Shown here: one piece after another, positions 53,719 to 64,000 of the stretch
How the letters are laid out: each line of letters starts with the position of its first letter
How positions within the stretch are numbered: the stretch's first letter is position 1
Origin: an uncultured Gemmatimonadales bacterium
GTDB taxonomy: Bacteria; Gemmatimonadota; Gemmatimonadetes; Longimicrobiales; RSA9
NCBI GenBank assembly: GCA_963798845.1
Contig: CAWCUS010000006.1
Coordinates: forward strand, 576,001 to 640,000
Length of the DNA: 64,000 bases
Direction: 5' to 3'
The notes under the pieces: generated by a model
Seen by the model: only the letters and a program-made list of their open reading frames with translations
Told to the model about the DNA's origin: nothing
The model's database searches: none
Program-made: the position numbers and the translations under genes

Positions 53719-56424
53719 TCACCTGCCGCCGCCAGGAAGCAGCTTGCGCAGCCGCTTGCGGATGGCTTCCTGGGCCGCCGCACGGAGGCTGTCCGCCCGT
53801 TGGGCCAGGGAGTCGGCCACGGCGGCCGCGGCCGAGTCCACGGCGGGGCGACCGAGCGAGTCCAGGACCATGCCGCCCACGGAATCGGGCGCGCCGAGCC
53901 GGGACGCGGCCGCTGCGGCCGCGCGCCGCGCCAGCGCACCGGCCTCCTGCTCGGCCGCCGCCTTCGCCCTCGCCGTGGCCGCGTCCGCAGCAGACGAGAA
54001 ATCCAGCGCCACCTTCGGCGCGGCGGCCGTGCCGGTGATACGGATCCCGACGGGGATCCGCCCCTCCGCGTCCGCCAGCAGAGCCGCCTGCCGCCCCAGG
54101 TTTCCCGCGCGCGCGAGCGTCTCCGAGGGGAGGAAGAGGGTGGCGTCCAGATCGAGGGCGCCACTCAGGTCGAACGCCCCGGCGGCGCGCCCCGCCAGCC
54201 CGGGCGCATCGAGAACCGTTTCGTCGAGCGTCACCACGGTGCCGCTCACACCGAAGCTGCCGGCCCATTCGCGGAACCGGAGCGTGTCGAGAGAAGGCAG
54301 GCCGACGCGGCGAGCAATGCTGTCCAGCGGGGCCCACCCCGTGAAGCGGCCGCCGGAGAGGGCGACGGTCCCGCCGGCCTGAACGCTTTCGCGGAGCGGC
54401 AGGGCTGTCCGGTCGAGGGTCATGCGCAGCGTGCCGGTGAGCGCCAGGCTGCCCGTGAGGTGGTCGCGGAACGGCGTGAGGCGATCGAAGAACGGCGCGG
54501 CGCCCACGGCATCCATGGCGTAGTCCGCGGCGAGCAGCGTCTCCACGGGAGCGCCCGTGCTGTCGGTGCGCAGCGGCCGGATCTCGCCGCTCCCGGTCAG
54601 CGTCCCGCCCATGAACCGGGCCCAGACGCTGTCCAGCGCCAGCCGCTCCGAACTGAGCGAGACCCGGGCGCTCACGTCGCCGTACGACAACCCGTTGCGG
54701 ACCAGCTTCCGAGCGTCGATGCGCGCGTCCGCCGCCAGGCGTGGCAGCGCCGGAACCGCCAGTCCCTCGTCGGCCGCCGCCTGGCCGGCGGTGCGCCCGT
54801 CCACCGGGCGGTCGCGCAGGCGAGCGAACAGGAGCGGAGGATAAGTGCTCTGCGGGGCACCGAAAATGGCATCGAGGTCGAGCGAGTCGGCCACGATGCG
54901 CACCGTCGCCCGCGGCGGCGGTCCGGATCGGTCCAGGACGCCGGCGAGCACGTTGGACGCCCGGGCGCTCACGAGCAGCGGCGATCGATCGCGGCCGATC
55001 TCCAGCGGGAGCGAGTCGATTCGGACGGCGTCCCCGTCGAAGCGAGCCACCGCGCGCGAAACGGCCACCGCAGCCGGTCCGAGCCCCGTAGCGCGCAGCT
55101 CATCCATCCGGATCGTGCCGCGCACCCGGCTGCGCTCCCGGTGGCGCAGCGGCACGGCACCGGAAAGGTCCGCGGCAACGCGCCCGGCCAGGCTGGCCGT
55201 GTCGGGCACGAGCCGGAACGGCTTCAATCGCGCGAGATCGACGCCGCCATCGATCGTGAACTCCGCGACGGGCTCGTCGGGGGAGCGGACGGCCAGCGAG
55301 GTGGTGAAGGGTGAGCCCAGCGCGGCCCCGTGGGCGGCGGCGGCGAGGGAGTCCCGGGAGAGGGCGGCGGTGAGCCGGATGCCGTCGGCGAGGACGTCGT
55401 CGCCCGCGCGCACCTCGCCATCGGTCAGCTCCAGCCGCGCGTCCAGCGCCGGGAGGGAGTCGGGCGTGAGAGCGCCCGCGATGTCCACCGTGAGCGCGGC
55501 CGTCCCGGCCAGCCTGATCGGGCGCCCGTCCGGGAGGACCAGGCGCTGTCTCGCCGAATCGGGAATCCAGGCCATGAGCTCGCTGGCGTCCACCCCCGCC
55601 GCGCGGAAGTGGAGGTCCCCGGTCCGGCCGGTGTTCGAGCGCGCGTCGCGAACGTCGCCGCTCCCGGAGAGCGTGACGCCGTTCACCGTCAGCGACGCAC
55701 TCCGCAGCTCCAGGTGGTCCTGCGCGAGATCCAGGGTCGCGTCGTGGTCGAGGCGGAGGCTGAGGTCGCGAGTGGGAAGGAGGACGCCCGGGAGCCGGGC
55801 GTCGACGTCGTCGAATGCGATCCACCCGGAGAAGTCCACGCTGGCGAGCTCGCCGCCTCGGATGTCGCCGGCGAGGCGCAGCTGCTGTGACCAGCCGTCG
55901 AGGCGGATCACCCGGCCATCCCGCTGGTCGCGGAACGCCAGCCGGCCACCATCGACCCGGACATCACGGACGTCGAACGAGACGCTTCCGCCCGTCCCGG
56001 CGGGGGTGGCGGCCGTCGTGTCGGCCGCGCGGGCCAGGAGCCGGAGGTTCGGCCTGCCCGTGGAGTCGAGCTGGAGGAAGAGGCGGGGTCGGGCGAGAGC
56101 GAGCCGGTCCACGACCACCCGGCCGCGCAGGAGTGGCAGCAGCCTCGCCGTGAGGTCCACCCGGTCGACGGCCGCCAGCGCGCTGCTGTCGCTCCCGCCC
56201 ACCGCGACGTCCCGGAGCCGCACGCCGGGGTGTGGGAAGAGGATCACCCTGGCGCCCCCCACGCGTACCGGCTGGCCCAGCACGGCTTCGGCACGCCGCG
56301 CTGCGGCTGCCCCGACCGCCTCCTCCGGGATCAGGAACGCGGCGGCGACAATGGCCACCGCGGCCAATCCGACGAGGCCCAGCCCCGCCAGGAGCCCCCG
56401 CTTCGCCATCAGGCCGGGCGCCAC
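53719..56424 (-). CDS. AsmA family protein
   Basis: N-terminal TM helix, PGVRLRDV, LLPLLRGRVVVDRLALARP and a C-terminal IPVGIRITGTAAAPKV. Confidence 0.88.
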   Translation of the reverse strand: MAPGLMAKRGLLAGLGLVGLAAVAIVAAAFLIPEEAVGAAAARRAEAVLGQPVRVGGARVILFPHPGVRLRDVAVGGSDSSALAAVDRVDLTARLLPLLRGRVVVDRLALARPRLFLQLDSTGRPNLRLLARAADTTAATPAGTGGSVSFDVRDVRVDGGRLAFRDQRDGRVIRLDGWSQQLRLAGDIRGGELASVDFSGWIAFDDVDARLPGVLLPTRDLSLRLDHDATLDLAQDHLELRSASLTVNGVTLSGSGDVRDARSNTGRTGDLHFRAAGVDASELMAWIPDSARQRLVLPDGRPIRLAGTAALTVDIAGALTPDSLPALDARLELTDGEVRAGDDVLADGIRLTAALSRDSLAAAAHGAALGSPFTTSLAVRSPDEPVAEFTIDGGVDLARLKPFRLVPDTASLAGRVAADLSGAVPLRHRERSRVRGTIRMDELRATGLGPAAVAVSRAVARFDGDAVRIDSLPLEIGRDRSPLLVSARASNVLAGVLDRSGPPPRATVRIVADSLDLDAIFGAPQSTYPPLLFARLRDRPVDGRTAGQAAADEGLAVPALPRLAADARIDARKLVRNGLSYGDVSARVSLSSERLALDSVWARFMGGTLTGSGEIRPLRTDSTGAPVETLLAADYAMDAVGAAPFFDRLTPFRDHLTGSLALTGTLRMTLDRTALPLRESVQAGGTVALSGGRFTGWAPLDSIARRVGLPSLDTLRFREWAGSFGVSGTVVTLDETVLDAPGLAGRAAGAFDLSGALDLDATLFLPSETLARAGNLGRQAALLADAEGRIPVGIRITGTAAAPKVALDFSSAADAATARAKAAAEQEAGALARRAAAAAASRLGAPDSVGGMVLDSLGRPAVDSAAAAVADSLAQRADSLRAAAQEAIRKRLRKLLPGGGR

Positions 56425-56427
56425 GGG

Positions 56428-56736
56428 CTATTCAGCGGGAACGGCCTCCCACCCGATCGCCACCGAGCGGTCGTCGCGAACGGCGTCCTCCGTCGGAATG
56501 ACGAGGTCGAACTCCTTGTACTCATCGACGCGGTCCTTCCTCTGGAACCCGCCGGTGGCCGAGAGCCCTTTCACGGTGACGGTGCGCTCCTCGCCATCCG
56601 GCGCGCGCAGGCGCAGGGACTTCCCCGGCTTCAGCATGGACGGGGCGAAGTCGCCGCCGAGCAGCTTGAGCCGTAGCATCCAGCCGCGGAGCGGGACGAA
56701 ATAGGCGTCTGAAACGCGGAATCGGAAATCGGACAT
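56428..56736 (-). CDS. Small hypothetical beta-barrel protein (EF-Tu/SelB domain II-like pattern)
   Basis: MSDFRFRVSDAYFVPLRGWMLRLKLLGG...LKPGKSLRL...VTVKGL. Ends 3 nt before the asmA-like gene. Confidence 0.75.
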   Translation of the reverse strand: MSDFRFRVSDAYFVPLRGWMLRLKLLGGDFAPSMLKPGKSLRLRAPDGEERTVTVKGLSATGGFQRKDRVDEYKEFDLVIPTEDAVRDDRSVAIGWEAVPAE

Positions 56737-56901
56737 GTCTTCGATACACCGGACGCTCGGCCCGGCAAGCTGCCGCCGGCCGAGGCCTGCTATGTGAACG
56801 ACGGCGCCCGCAGCGGCGCGCTGGCAATGATAACGGCGGAAGCGGCGCGCTGGCCACCCCGGCCCCTCGCATCCGGCGCGTCGGAAGCCCACCTTCAGCA
56901 C

Positions 56902-58371
56902 ATGACCGAGCACGGTGGCGGGCGCGCGAAGGCGCGCACGGGGCTGGACCTGGAGCCGGATGCCATGCGGGCCATGGGCTACGCGCTGGTCGACCGGCTG
57001 GTGGAGCGGATCGCGACGCTCGATGCCCGGCCGGCGTGGCGGGGGACGACGCGGGACGCGATGCGGGCGCGGCTGGAGGGCGTGGACCCGGCGGACCCCG
57101 CTCCTTTCGAGGCGGTCCTGGATCATCTGTTCGAAAACGTGCTGCCGTACGGGCTGAGCACGGACCACCCCCGTTTCTTCGGATTCATCCCGAGCTGCCC
57201 AACGTGGCCGGGCATACTCGGCGACTTCCTGGCGGCGGGAAGCGGCTTGTATCCGGGCACGTGGATGGGCTCGGCCGGCTACGCGGCGCTCGAGCTGGAA
57301 GTGCTCTCCTGGTTCAAGGAGTGGCTCGGCTACCCGGCTGAATCCGCGGGACTGCTTCTGAGCGGCGGCTCCATGGCGAACCTTTCCGCGCTGGTCGTGG
57401 CCCGTGAGGCACGGCTCGGGCAGGCGTGGGGCTCCGCGGTGGTCTATACGTCGGCGGAGGCGCACTCGTCCGTCGTCAAGGCGACGAGGATCCTGGGCTT
57501 CCCTCCGGGCAACGTCCGCATTCTCCCCACCGACGACCACCTGCGGCTCCCGCCCGAGGCGCTCGCCGCGGCCGTCACGGCAGACCGCGCGGCCGGCCTC
57601 CACCCCTTCCTCGTGGCCGCGAACGCCGGCTCCACAAGCACAGGGGCGGTGGACCCCCTGGCGGCCCTGGCCGACCTGTGCGAACGGGAGCGGCTCTGGC
57701 TGCACGTGGATGCCGCGTACGGCGGGTTCGCGGTGCTCACCGACGTCGGACGGCGCCTGCTGGACGGAATCCGGCGTGCGGACTCCGTCACGCTGGACCC
57801 CCACAAGTGGCTGTTCCAGCCGTTCGAAGCCGGGTGCCTGCTCGTGCGGAGCGGGCGCGGGCTGGTGGACGCGTTCCGCTCGGAGGCCAGCTACCTCCAG
57901 GACACCCGCCTGCTCTCCGGAGCCGCACCCGACGATGCGGAAGTCAACTTCGGAGAGCGGGGGCCCCAGCTCAGCCGCTCCGCCCGGGCCCTCAAGATCT
58001 GGCTGTCGGTCCGCTGCTTCGGCCTCGACCGGTTCCGGGAGGCCATCGAGAGCGGGATCCGCCTCGCGGCGCGGGCAGAGCAGTGGATCCGCACCTCCGA
58101 CGCGCTGGAGATGCTGGCGCCGGCCAGCCTCGGGATCGTGTGCTTCCATGCTCCGGGCGGGGAAGCGGAGAACGAAGCTCGCCTGCGCAGGGTACGCGAG
58201 AGCGGACTCGGGCTCATCTCCTCCACGCGCGTCGGTGGGGAGTACGCCCTGCGACTCTGCATCATGAATCACCGGACCCGTTGGGAAGACGTGGAGGCGG
58301 TCCTCCGGCAGCTCGCGCGCCCGCTCGAGGTGCCGGCGGCGACGGCGCCCGGGGAAGGCGAAAGAACGTGA
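56902..58371 (+). CDS. Group II PLP-dependent decarboxylase (aromatic-L-amino-acid decarboxylase-like)
   Basis: HPRFFGFI, SGGSMAN, AHSSV, HVDAAYGG, DPHKWL and LSRSARALK motifs. Confidence 0.93.
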   Translation: MTEHGGGRAKARTGLDLEPDAMRAMGYALVDRLVERIATLDARPAWRGTTRDAMRARLEGVDPADPAPFEAVLDHLFENVLPYGLSTDHPRFFGFIPSCPTWPGILGDFLAAGSGLYPGTWMGSAGYAALELEVLSWFKEWLGYPAESAGLLLSGGSMANLSALVVAREARLGQAWGSAVVYTSAEAHSSVVKATRILGFPPGNVRILPTDDHLRLPPEALAAAVTADRAAGLHPFLVAANAGSTSTGAVDPLAALADLCERERLWLHVDAAYGGFAVLTDVGRRLLDGIRRADSVTLDPHKWLFQPFEAGCLLVRSGRGLVDAFRSEASYLQDTRLLSGAAPDDAEVNFGERGPQLSRSARALKIWLSVRCFGLDRFREAIESGIRLAARAEQWIRTSDALEMLAPASLGIVCFHAPGGEAENEARLRRVRESGLGLISSTRVGGEYALRLCIMNHRTRWEDVEAVLRQLARPLEVPAATAPGEGERT

Positions 58372-58502
58372 GCGTCACCGACCGTGCAGGGGTGGACACC
58401 GCCCGTGGCGGGCGTACCTTGTGCGTGGGTCGTTCCCGCATGCTTCGCTCCCGACCTGCGGACGCGGGGGCGGCGCCCCAGAGCAGCCGAAGGAGCAGCA
58501 GA

Positions 58503-58781
58503 ATGGCGACGATAGAATGCAAGCGGTGCGGGAAGACGGGCGAGCCACTGGACCGGCCGCCCTTGCGGAACGATCTCGGCGAGCGCGTCCATGCCGGGAT
58601 CTGCAGGCCGTGCTGGCAGGAATGGCTCCAGTACCAGACCGCACTGATCAATCATTACGGACTCAATGTCAGGGACCCGAAGGCGAGGGAGTTCCTGTCC
58701 CAGAACATGGACGCGTTCCTCTTCCGCTCCGGAGACGCCGAGGACATCGATACGAGCAAGGAAGGTCAGATAAGCTGGTGA
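58503..58781 (+). CDS. yggX: Fe(II)-trafficking/oxidative damage protection protein YggX family
   Basis: LGERV...ICRPCWQEWLQYQTALINHYGL...AREFLSQNMDAFLF. AAGGAG RBS. Confidence 0.88.
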   Translation: MATIECKRCGKTGEPLDRPPLRNDLGERVHAGICRPCWQEWLQYQTALINHYGLNVRDPKAREFLSQNMDAFLFRSGDAEDIDTSKEGQISW

Positions 58782-58787
58782 GCGACC

Positions 58788-59327
58788 GTGGGACGAATCG
58801 CTGAGCTCCGCCGCGCATGGCGCGAGGCCGTCGACAACTTCTGGCACGAGATGGAAGCGAGCGGCGATCCCGCCGGCAGCGGCGTCTATCGCCAGGTCGC
58901 CGGAGCACGCAGCCACCTCGAGCGCCTCGACCACGAGATCGGTGAGACGCGCCTGCGCCTGAAGGAAGAGAAAGAGCAGGCGGCCGCGTGCGACCGACGC
59001 GAGCGCATGGCCCGCGACATCAGCGACGCCGAGACGGCACGCATCGCCGCCGAGTACGGCGCGCGTCACCGGGAGCGGGCGGGCGTCCTGGAGCGGAAGG
59101 TCAATGCGCTGGACGCGGAGCGCCGCCTCTGCCGGCGCGATCTCGACGAGATGGAGAAAGCGCTCCACGAAGGCCGCGTGGCGGACACCGAGCGCCCCGA
59201 GCTCGACGACCTCAACGCGCACCCCAGGGAAGGCGAGTTCAGGAACCTGGAAGACGCCGAGCGGGGACGCTCCGCCGATGCTCGCCTCGAGGACCTGAAG
59301 CGGCGGATACAGCGGGACGGCGGCTGA
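58788..59327 (+). CDS. Coiled-coil protein, PspA/IM30-like
   Basis: Long heptad helices, ARDISDAETARIA, FRNLE and ADARLEDLKRRI C-terminus. Confidence 0.7.
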   Translation: MGRIAELRRAWREAVDNFWHEMEASGDPAGSGVYRQVAGARSHLERLDHEIGETRLRLKEEKEQAAACDRRERMARDISDAETARIAAEYGARHRERAGVLERKVNALDAERRLCRRDLDEMEKALHEGRVADTERPELDDLNAHPREGEFRNLEDAERGRSADARLEDLKRRIQRDGG

Positions 59328-59390
59328 GTCCCCCGGGCGGCGGTCGTCCGCCTCCGCGCCGCCGCACCCCGCTCAGGCCGTCCGGTACGG

Positions 59391-60545
59391 TCAGAACCGC
59401 GCGCTCAGGAGCGTCAGCCCGAGCGCGGGCCGCATCCGCCCGCGGCCGTCCTCCCGCAGCACCGGCACGATCGGCCCGCCCAGCTCCCAGTCCCTGCCAC
59501 CATCGGGCTCAGCGCGCTCGTCGTCGGCCCGCGATCGCGTCCTCATGGCCGCGGATGCAGCCAGCAGGCCCACGGCGCTGGCCGCGGCGGGAATCCCGAC
59601 CATCACCGCGTCGCTCTCGGGCTGCACGATCAGGTCGATCCCCAGCCCGGCCAGGCCTCCGGCGACGCCGGCTATGCTCACGATCCGGGCAGCGCTCCGC
59701 GTGGGCCGATGGGGGCGCGCGATCGCCGCTCCGACCAGCAGACCCAGGTCTCCTCCCACCAGCGCGGAAGTCATGGCGCCGTGCCGCGAATCGTCCAGCC
59801 CGGAAAGCACCGAGAGCGCGTAGCCGTACCAGATCCCCCACGAGGCCCCGAGGCTGGCAGTCGTCGCCTGACCGGGGCTGATGTCGCGGGTACGCGCCAC
59901 GATGGACCCGGCCAGAAGCCCCGCGACCCCGCCCGCCACCATGCTCCCGAAGACCGCCGGCCCGGACGGGTCGTCGTCGTAGCAGTACTCCATCGCCACG
60001 TTCGCGTACGTGTCGCACCGCCGGCGCGACCCCAGCACCATCGCCCACCCGTATCCCTGCCACGTGCCCCACGTCCCGCCGAACGTCATGGCCGACGCAG
60101 CGCCGTCGCTGATCGGACGACGCCGGCTCCAGCTCATCGCCGACGCGAAACCGACGGGGCCGCCCACCAGCAGCCCGAGGCCGTACGGCGCCGCCTCCTC
60201 CGCCCCCAGCATCCCCGGCACCGCCACCCCCAGCCACAGACCATACAGCGTGCTCCACACCACCAGCTCCGTCCGCCCCCTGCTGTCCAGCCGCCGCGTG
60301 CCCGGCTGCGACCGCCTGACCCGGATCGACGACGCAGCCTCGCTGTCCGGGTAGCGGCGGAGGATGTAGTCCATCAGCGCGTCCGCCAGGTCGTACGAGC
60401 GCTCCGCTTCCAGTGTCTGCGCCGCACGGTACAGCGTGGCCGCGGGATCCACGGGCACGGGCTCCTGCGCCCGGATGCGGATCGGGAACAGCGCGAGCGT
60501 GAGACAGGTGACAGTGGCCGCAATGCGTGCGCGAGACCAGGACAC
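59391..60545 (-). CDS. Hypothetical secreted/membrane protein with TPR-like N-domain and multiple glycine-zipper helices
   Basis: GTG 60545 with GGAGG RBS, signal peptide, ILRRYPDSEAA, repeated GxxWGxWxG helices, ends LSARF. Confidence 0.75.
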   Translation of the reverse strand: MSWSRARIAATVTCLTLALFPIRIRAQEPVPVDPAATLYRAAQTLEAERSYDLADALMDYILRRYPDSEAASSIRVRRSQPGTRRLDSRGRTELVVWSTLYGLWLGVAVPGMLGAEEAAPYGLGLLVGGPVGFASAMSWSRRRPISDGAASAMTFGGTWGTWQGYGWAMVLGSRRRCDTYANVAMEYCYDDDPSGPAVFGSMVAGGVAGLLAGSIVARTRDISPGQATTASLGASWGIWYGYALSVLSGLDDSRHGAMTSALVGGDLGLLVGAAIARPHRPTRSAARIVSIAGVAGGLAGLGIDLIVQPESDAVMVGIPAAASAVGLLAASAAMRTRSRADDERAEPDGGRDWELGGPIVPVLREDGRGRMRPALGLTLLSARF

Positions 60546-60736
60546 GACGCCTCCATCAGTGCAGTGTCGGGGAGAGGCTGGTGGGGCAATATGGGGCTTG
60601 AACGGGCGGGAGTGCCACACTTTCCGTCGGCCGCCGCGCAAGGCGACGGCGGGCAGCGAAGGAAGGGCCCCGCCCGCGGCGTGCCGCGGACGGGGCCTCG
60701 ACCTGGCTCCCGGTGCAGCTGACGACGGAGCGGGGC

Positions 60737-62278
<1,542 letters not shown>

Positions 62279-62427
62279 GGCAATCCGCTGATTCAAGGGG
62301 GTTGGAGGCGTCCGAAGGTAAGGACTGGAGACGCTTTCGACCAGCACGGGTACACGGCGTCCCCCGGCATGGGTTCCATTTGCGCGTGCGCACCGGGAGC
62401 CTTCTGTGCCCGAGTGCGCCGGGGCCC

Positions 62428-62456
62428 TTGTAGCGGTATGGGACCCCCTCTAGCTT
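62428..62456 (+). promoter_or_regulatory. Sigma70-type promoter of the aspartase gene
   Basis: TTGTAG-N17-TAGCTT. Confidence 0.5.
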
Positions 62457-62600
62457 TTGGGCCCGCCGGTCCACCGGCTCGACCGCACGTACGTCGCCCC
62501 GCCGGGCAGCGCGGGATGCGCGACGCCACCGGGGCGGCGGCTCGCCGGGAAGGCGGCCCCTTTTCGCTCATGCACGGGTGCGTCCCGTGCCCGGGATACC

Positions 62601-64000
62601 ATGGACACGAAACTGCTGAAGATCCTCCGCAATCATCCGCTCACACGCACGCTGAGCGGAGACGAGCGGGACTACATCTTCTCTCTCGGCCGGGTGATCG
62701 GCTATCTGCCCGGCGCCTACGTTTTCCATGAGAGCCAGCCGCGGCGCGCGTTCGGCTTCATCGTGCGCGGGGCCCTGGAGCTCCGGACCGGGCACAGGGG
62801 CCGTGCCACGGTGCTGGCGGTTCTGGGCCCCGGCGATTCCTTCGGCGAGGGGAGCCTCCTGGACGACTATCCGCACTCCGCCTCGGCGGTGGTCCGGGAG
62901 GCGACCGAGGCGTTCGAGATCCCGAGCGAGGGGATCGCCCGCATCGCGCGGGAGCGGCCGGACCTTTACTCGCGCCTGGTGGGCGGGGCCGTCCAGCTGA
63001 TCGCTTCCCGGGTCGCGTCGCCCGGGCGGGTGGCGGGGGGCGAGGCAGTCTACCTGTCGGGGGCGCTGCGCCGCGAGCACGACCTCCTGGGGGAGCGCGA
63101 CGTGCCGGAGCGCCACTACTACGGGCTCCAGACGCTCCGCGCCGTGGAGAACTTCCCCATCACGGGCATTCCCATCTCGCAGTATCCGCATTCTGGTGAA
63201 CGCGCTGGCCGCGGTGAAGGAAGCGGCGGCGGCGGCGAACCTGGAGCTGGATCTGCTCGACGACGACGTCGCCGGGGCCATCATCGGCGCCTGCCGCGAG
63301 ATCCGGACGGGAAAGCTGCACGGCGAGTTCGTGGTGGACGTGATCCAGGGTGGGGCGGGCACGTCCACGAACATGAACGCGAACGAGGTGATCGCGAACA
63401 GAGCGCTGGAGCTGCTGGGCCGGCAGCGGGGCGAGTACGACATCGTCCATCCCAACAACCACGTCAACCTTTCGCAGTCCACGAACGATGCGTATCCCAC
63501 CGCGCTGAAGATCGCCGCCGTCTGGTCGCTGGCGGACCTGGAGCAGACGGTGGCCGCGCTTCGTGACGCGTTCCTCGAGAAGGCGGAGGAGTTCGCGGAC
63601 ATCGTGAAGATGGGGCGGACCCAGCTCCAGGACGCGGTGCCGATGACGCTCGGACAGGAGTTCAAGGCTTTCGGCATCACGCTCGGAGAGGAGATCGAGC
63701 GGCTGCGCACGGCGGCGTCGTTGATCCGCGAGATGAACATGGGCGCCACGGCCATAGGAACCGGGATCAACACGGACCCGAAATACGCCGACAAGGTCAG
63801 GGCGGCGCTGTCCGCGGCGACCGGACTGGAGCTGATCACGAGCCCGGACCTGGTGGAGGCCACGCAGGACACGGGCTCCTTCGTGCACCTGTCCGGGACG
63901 CTGAAGCGGCTCGCCATCAAGCTGTCGAAGATCTGCAACGACCTGCGCCTGTTGTCCAGCGGCCCGCGCGTCGGGCTGGGCGAGATCCGCCTGCCGGCGA
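62601..64000 (+). CDS. aspA: cNMP-binding domain fused to aspartate ammonia-lyase (partial; apparent +1 frameshift at 63191-63192)
   Basis: N-terminal [22 protein letters not shown], then [21 protein letters not shown]. After the shift: [45 protein letters not shown] and [11 protein letters not shown]. Confidence 0.9.

Noticed and set aside
29220..58371. Aminotransferase + O-methyltransferase + aromatic decarboxylase + Paa-like genes as one biosynthetic cluster
   Set aside because: They are scattered over about 29 kb among unrelated housekeeping genes, in separate transcription units.
62460..62600. Riboswitch in the aspA leader
   Set aside because: Several GC hairpins are present but match no aptamer I recognise, and such hairpins are expected at this GC content.

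Overview
This is a very GC-rich bacterial chromosome segment (>70% GC by eye, not computed) carrying about 63 genes. The gene content is consistent with Gemmatimonadota (inference). I found no rRNA, tRNA, CRISPR array, transposase or prophage. Most genes are envelope, secreted or housekeeping functions: a HEAT/GT2/TPR module, DUF5916, ferritin, M28 and S41 peptidases, tspO, corA, truD, a VPS10-like protein, lemA/DUF2207, ndh, a YtrA-ABC operon, a LysM protein, an aminotransferase, fructosamine kinase/LMW-PTP, MscS, a glucosidase, a lytic transglycosylase, two ECF sigma factors, infC, PBP1A, AsmA, a PLP decarboxylase, YggX and a POT transporter. The most notable observations are: (1) a divergent five-gene PaaABCD-like di-iron oxygenase operon with a split PaaD and no reductase or other paa genes in the window; (2) an aspartase fused to an N-terminal cNMP-binding domain; (3) a sigma54-type promoter driving a lytic transglycosylase with RxxxR-like motifs before its membrane anchor; (4) an orphan infC with an ATA start that the ORF track missed; (5) about 18 unrelated short tandem arrays, including one whose mini-hairpin shows a compensatory base-pair change; (6) a recurring TTGnnn-N17-TAGCTT promoter; (7) four apparent single-base insertions, most likely long-read consensus errors. 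All product calls come from motif recognition by eye, not database searches.
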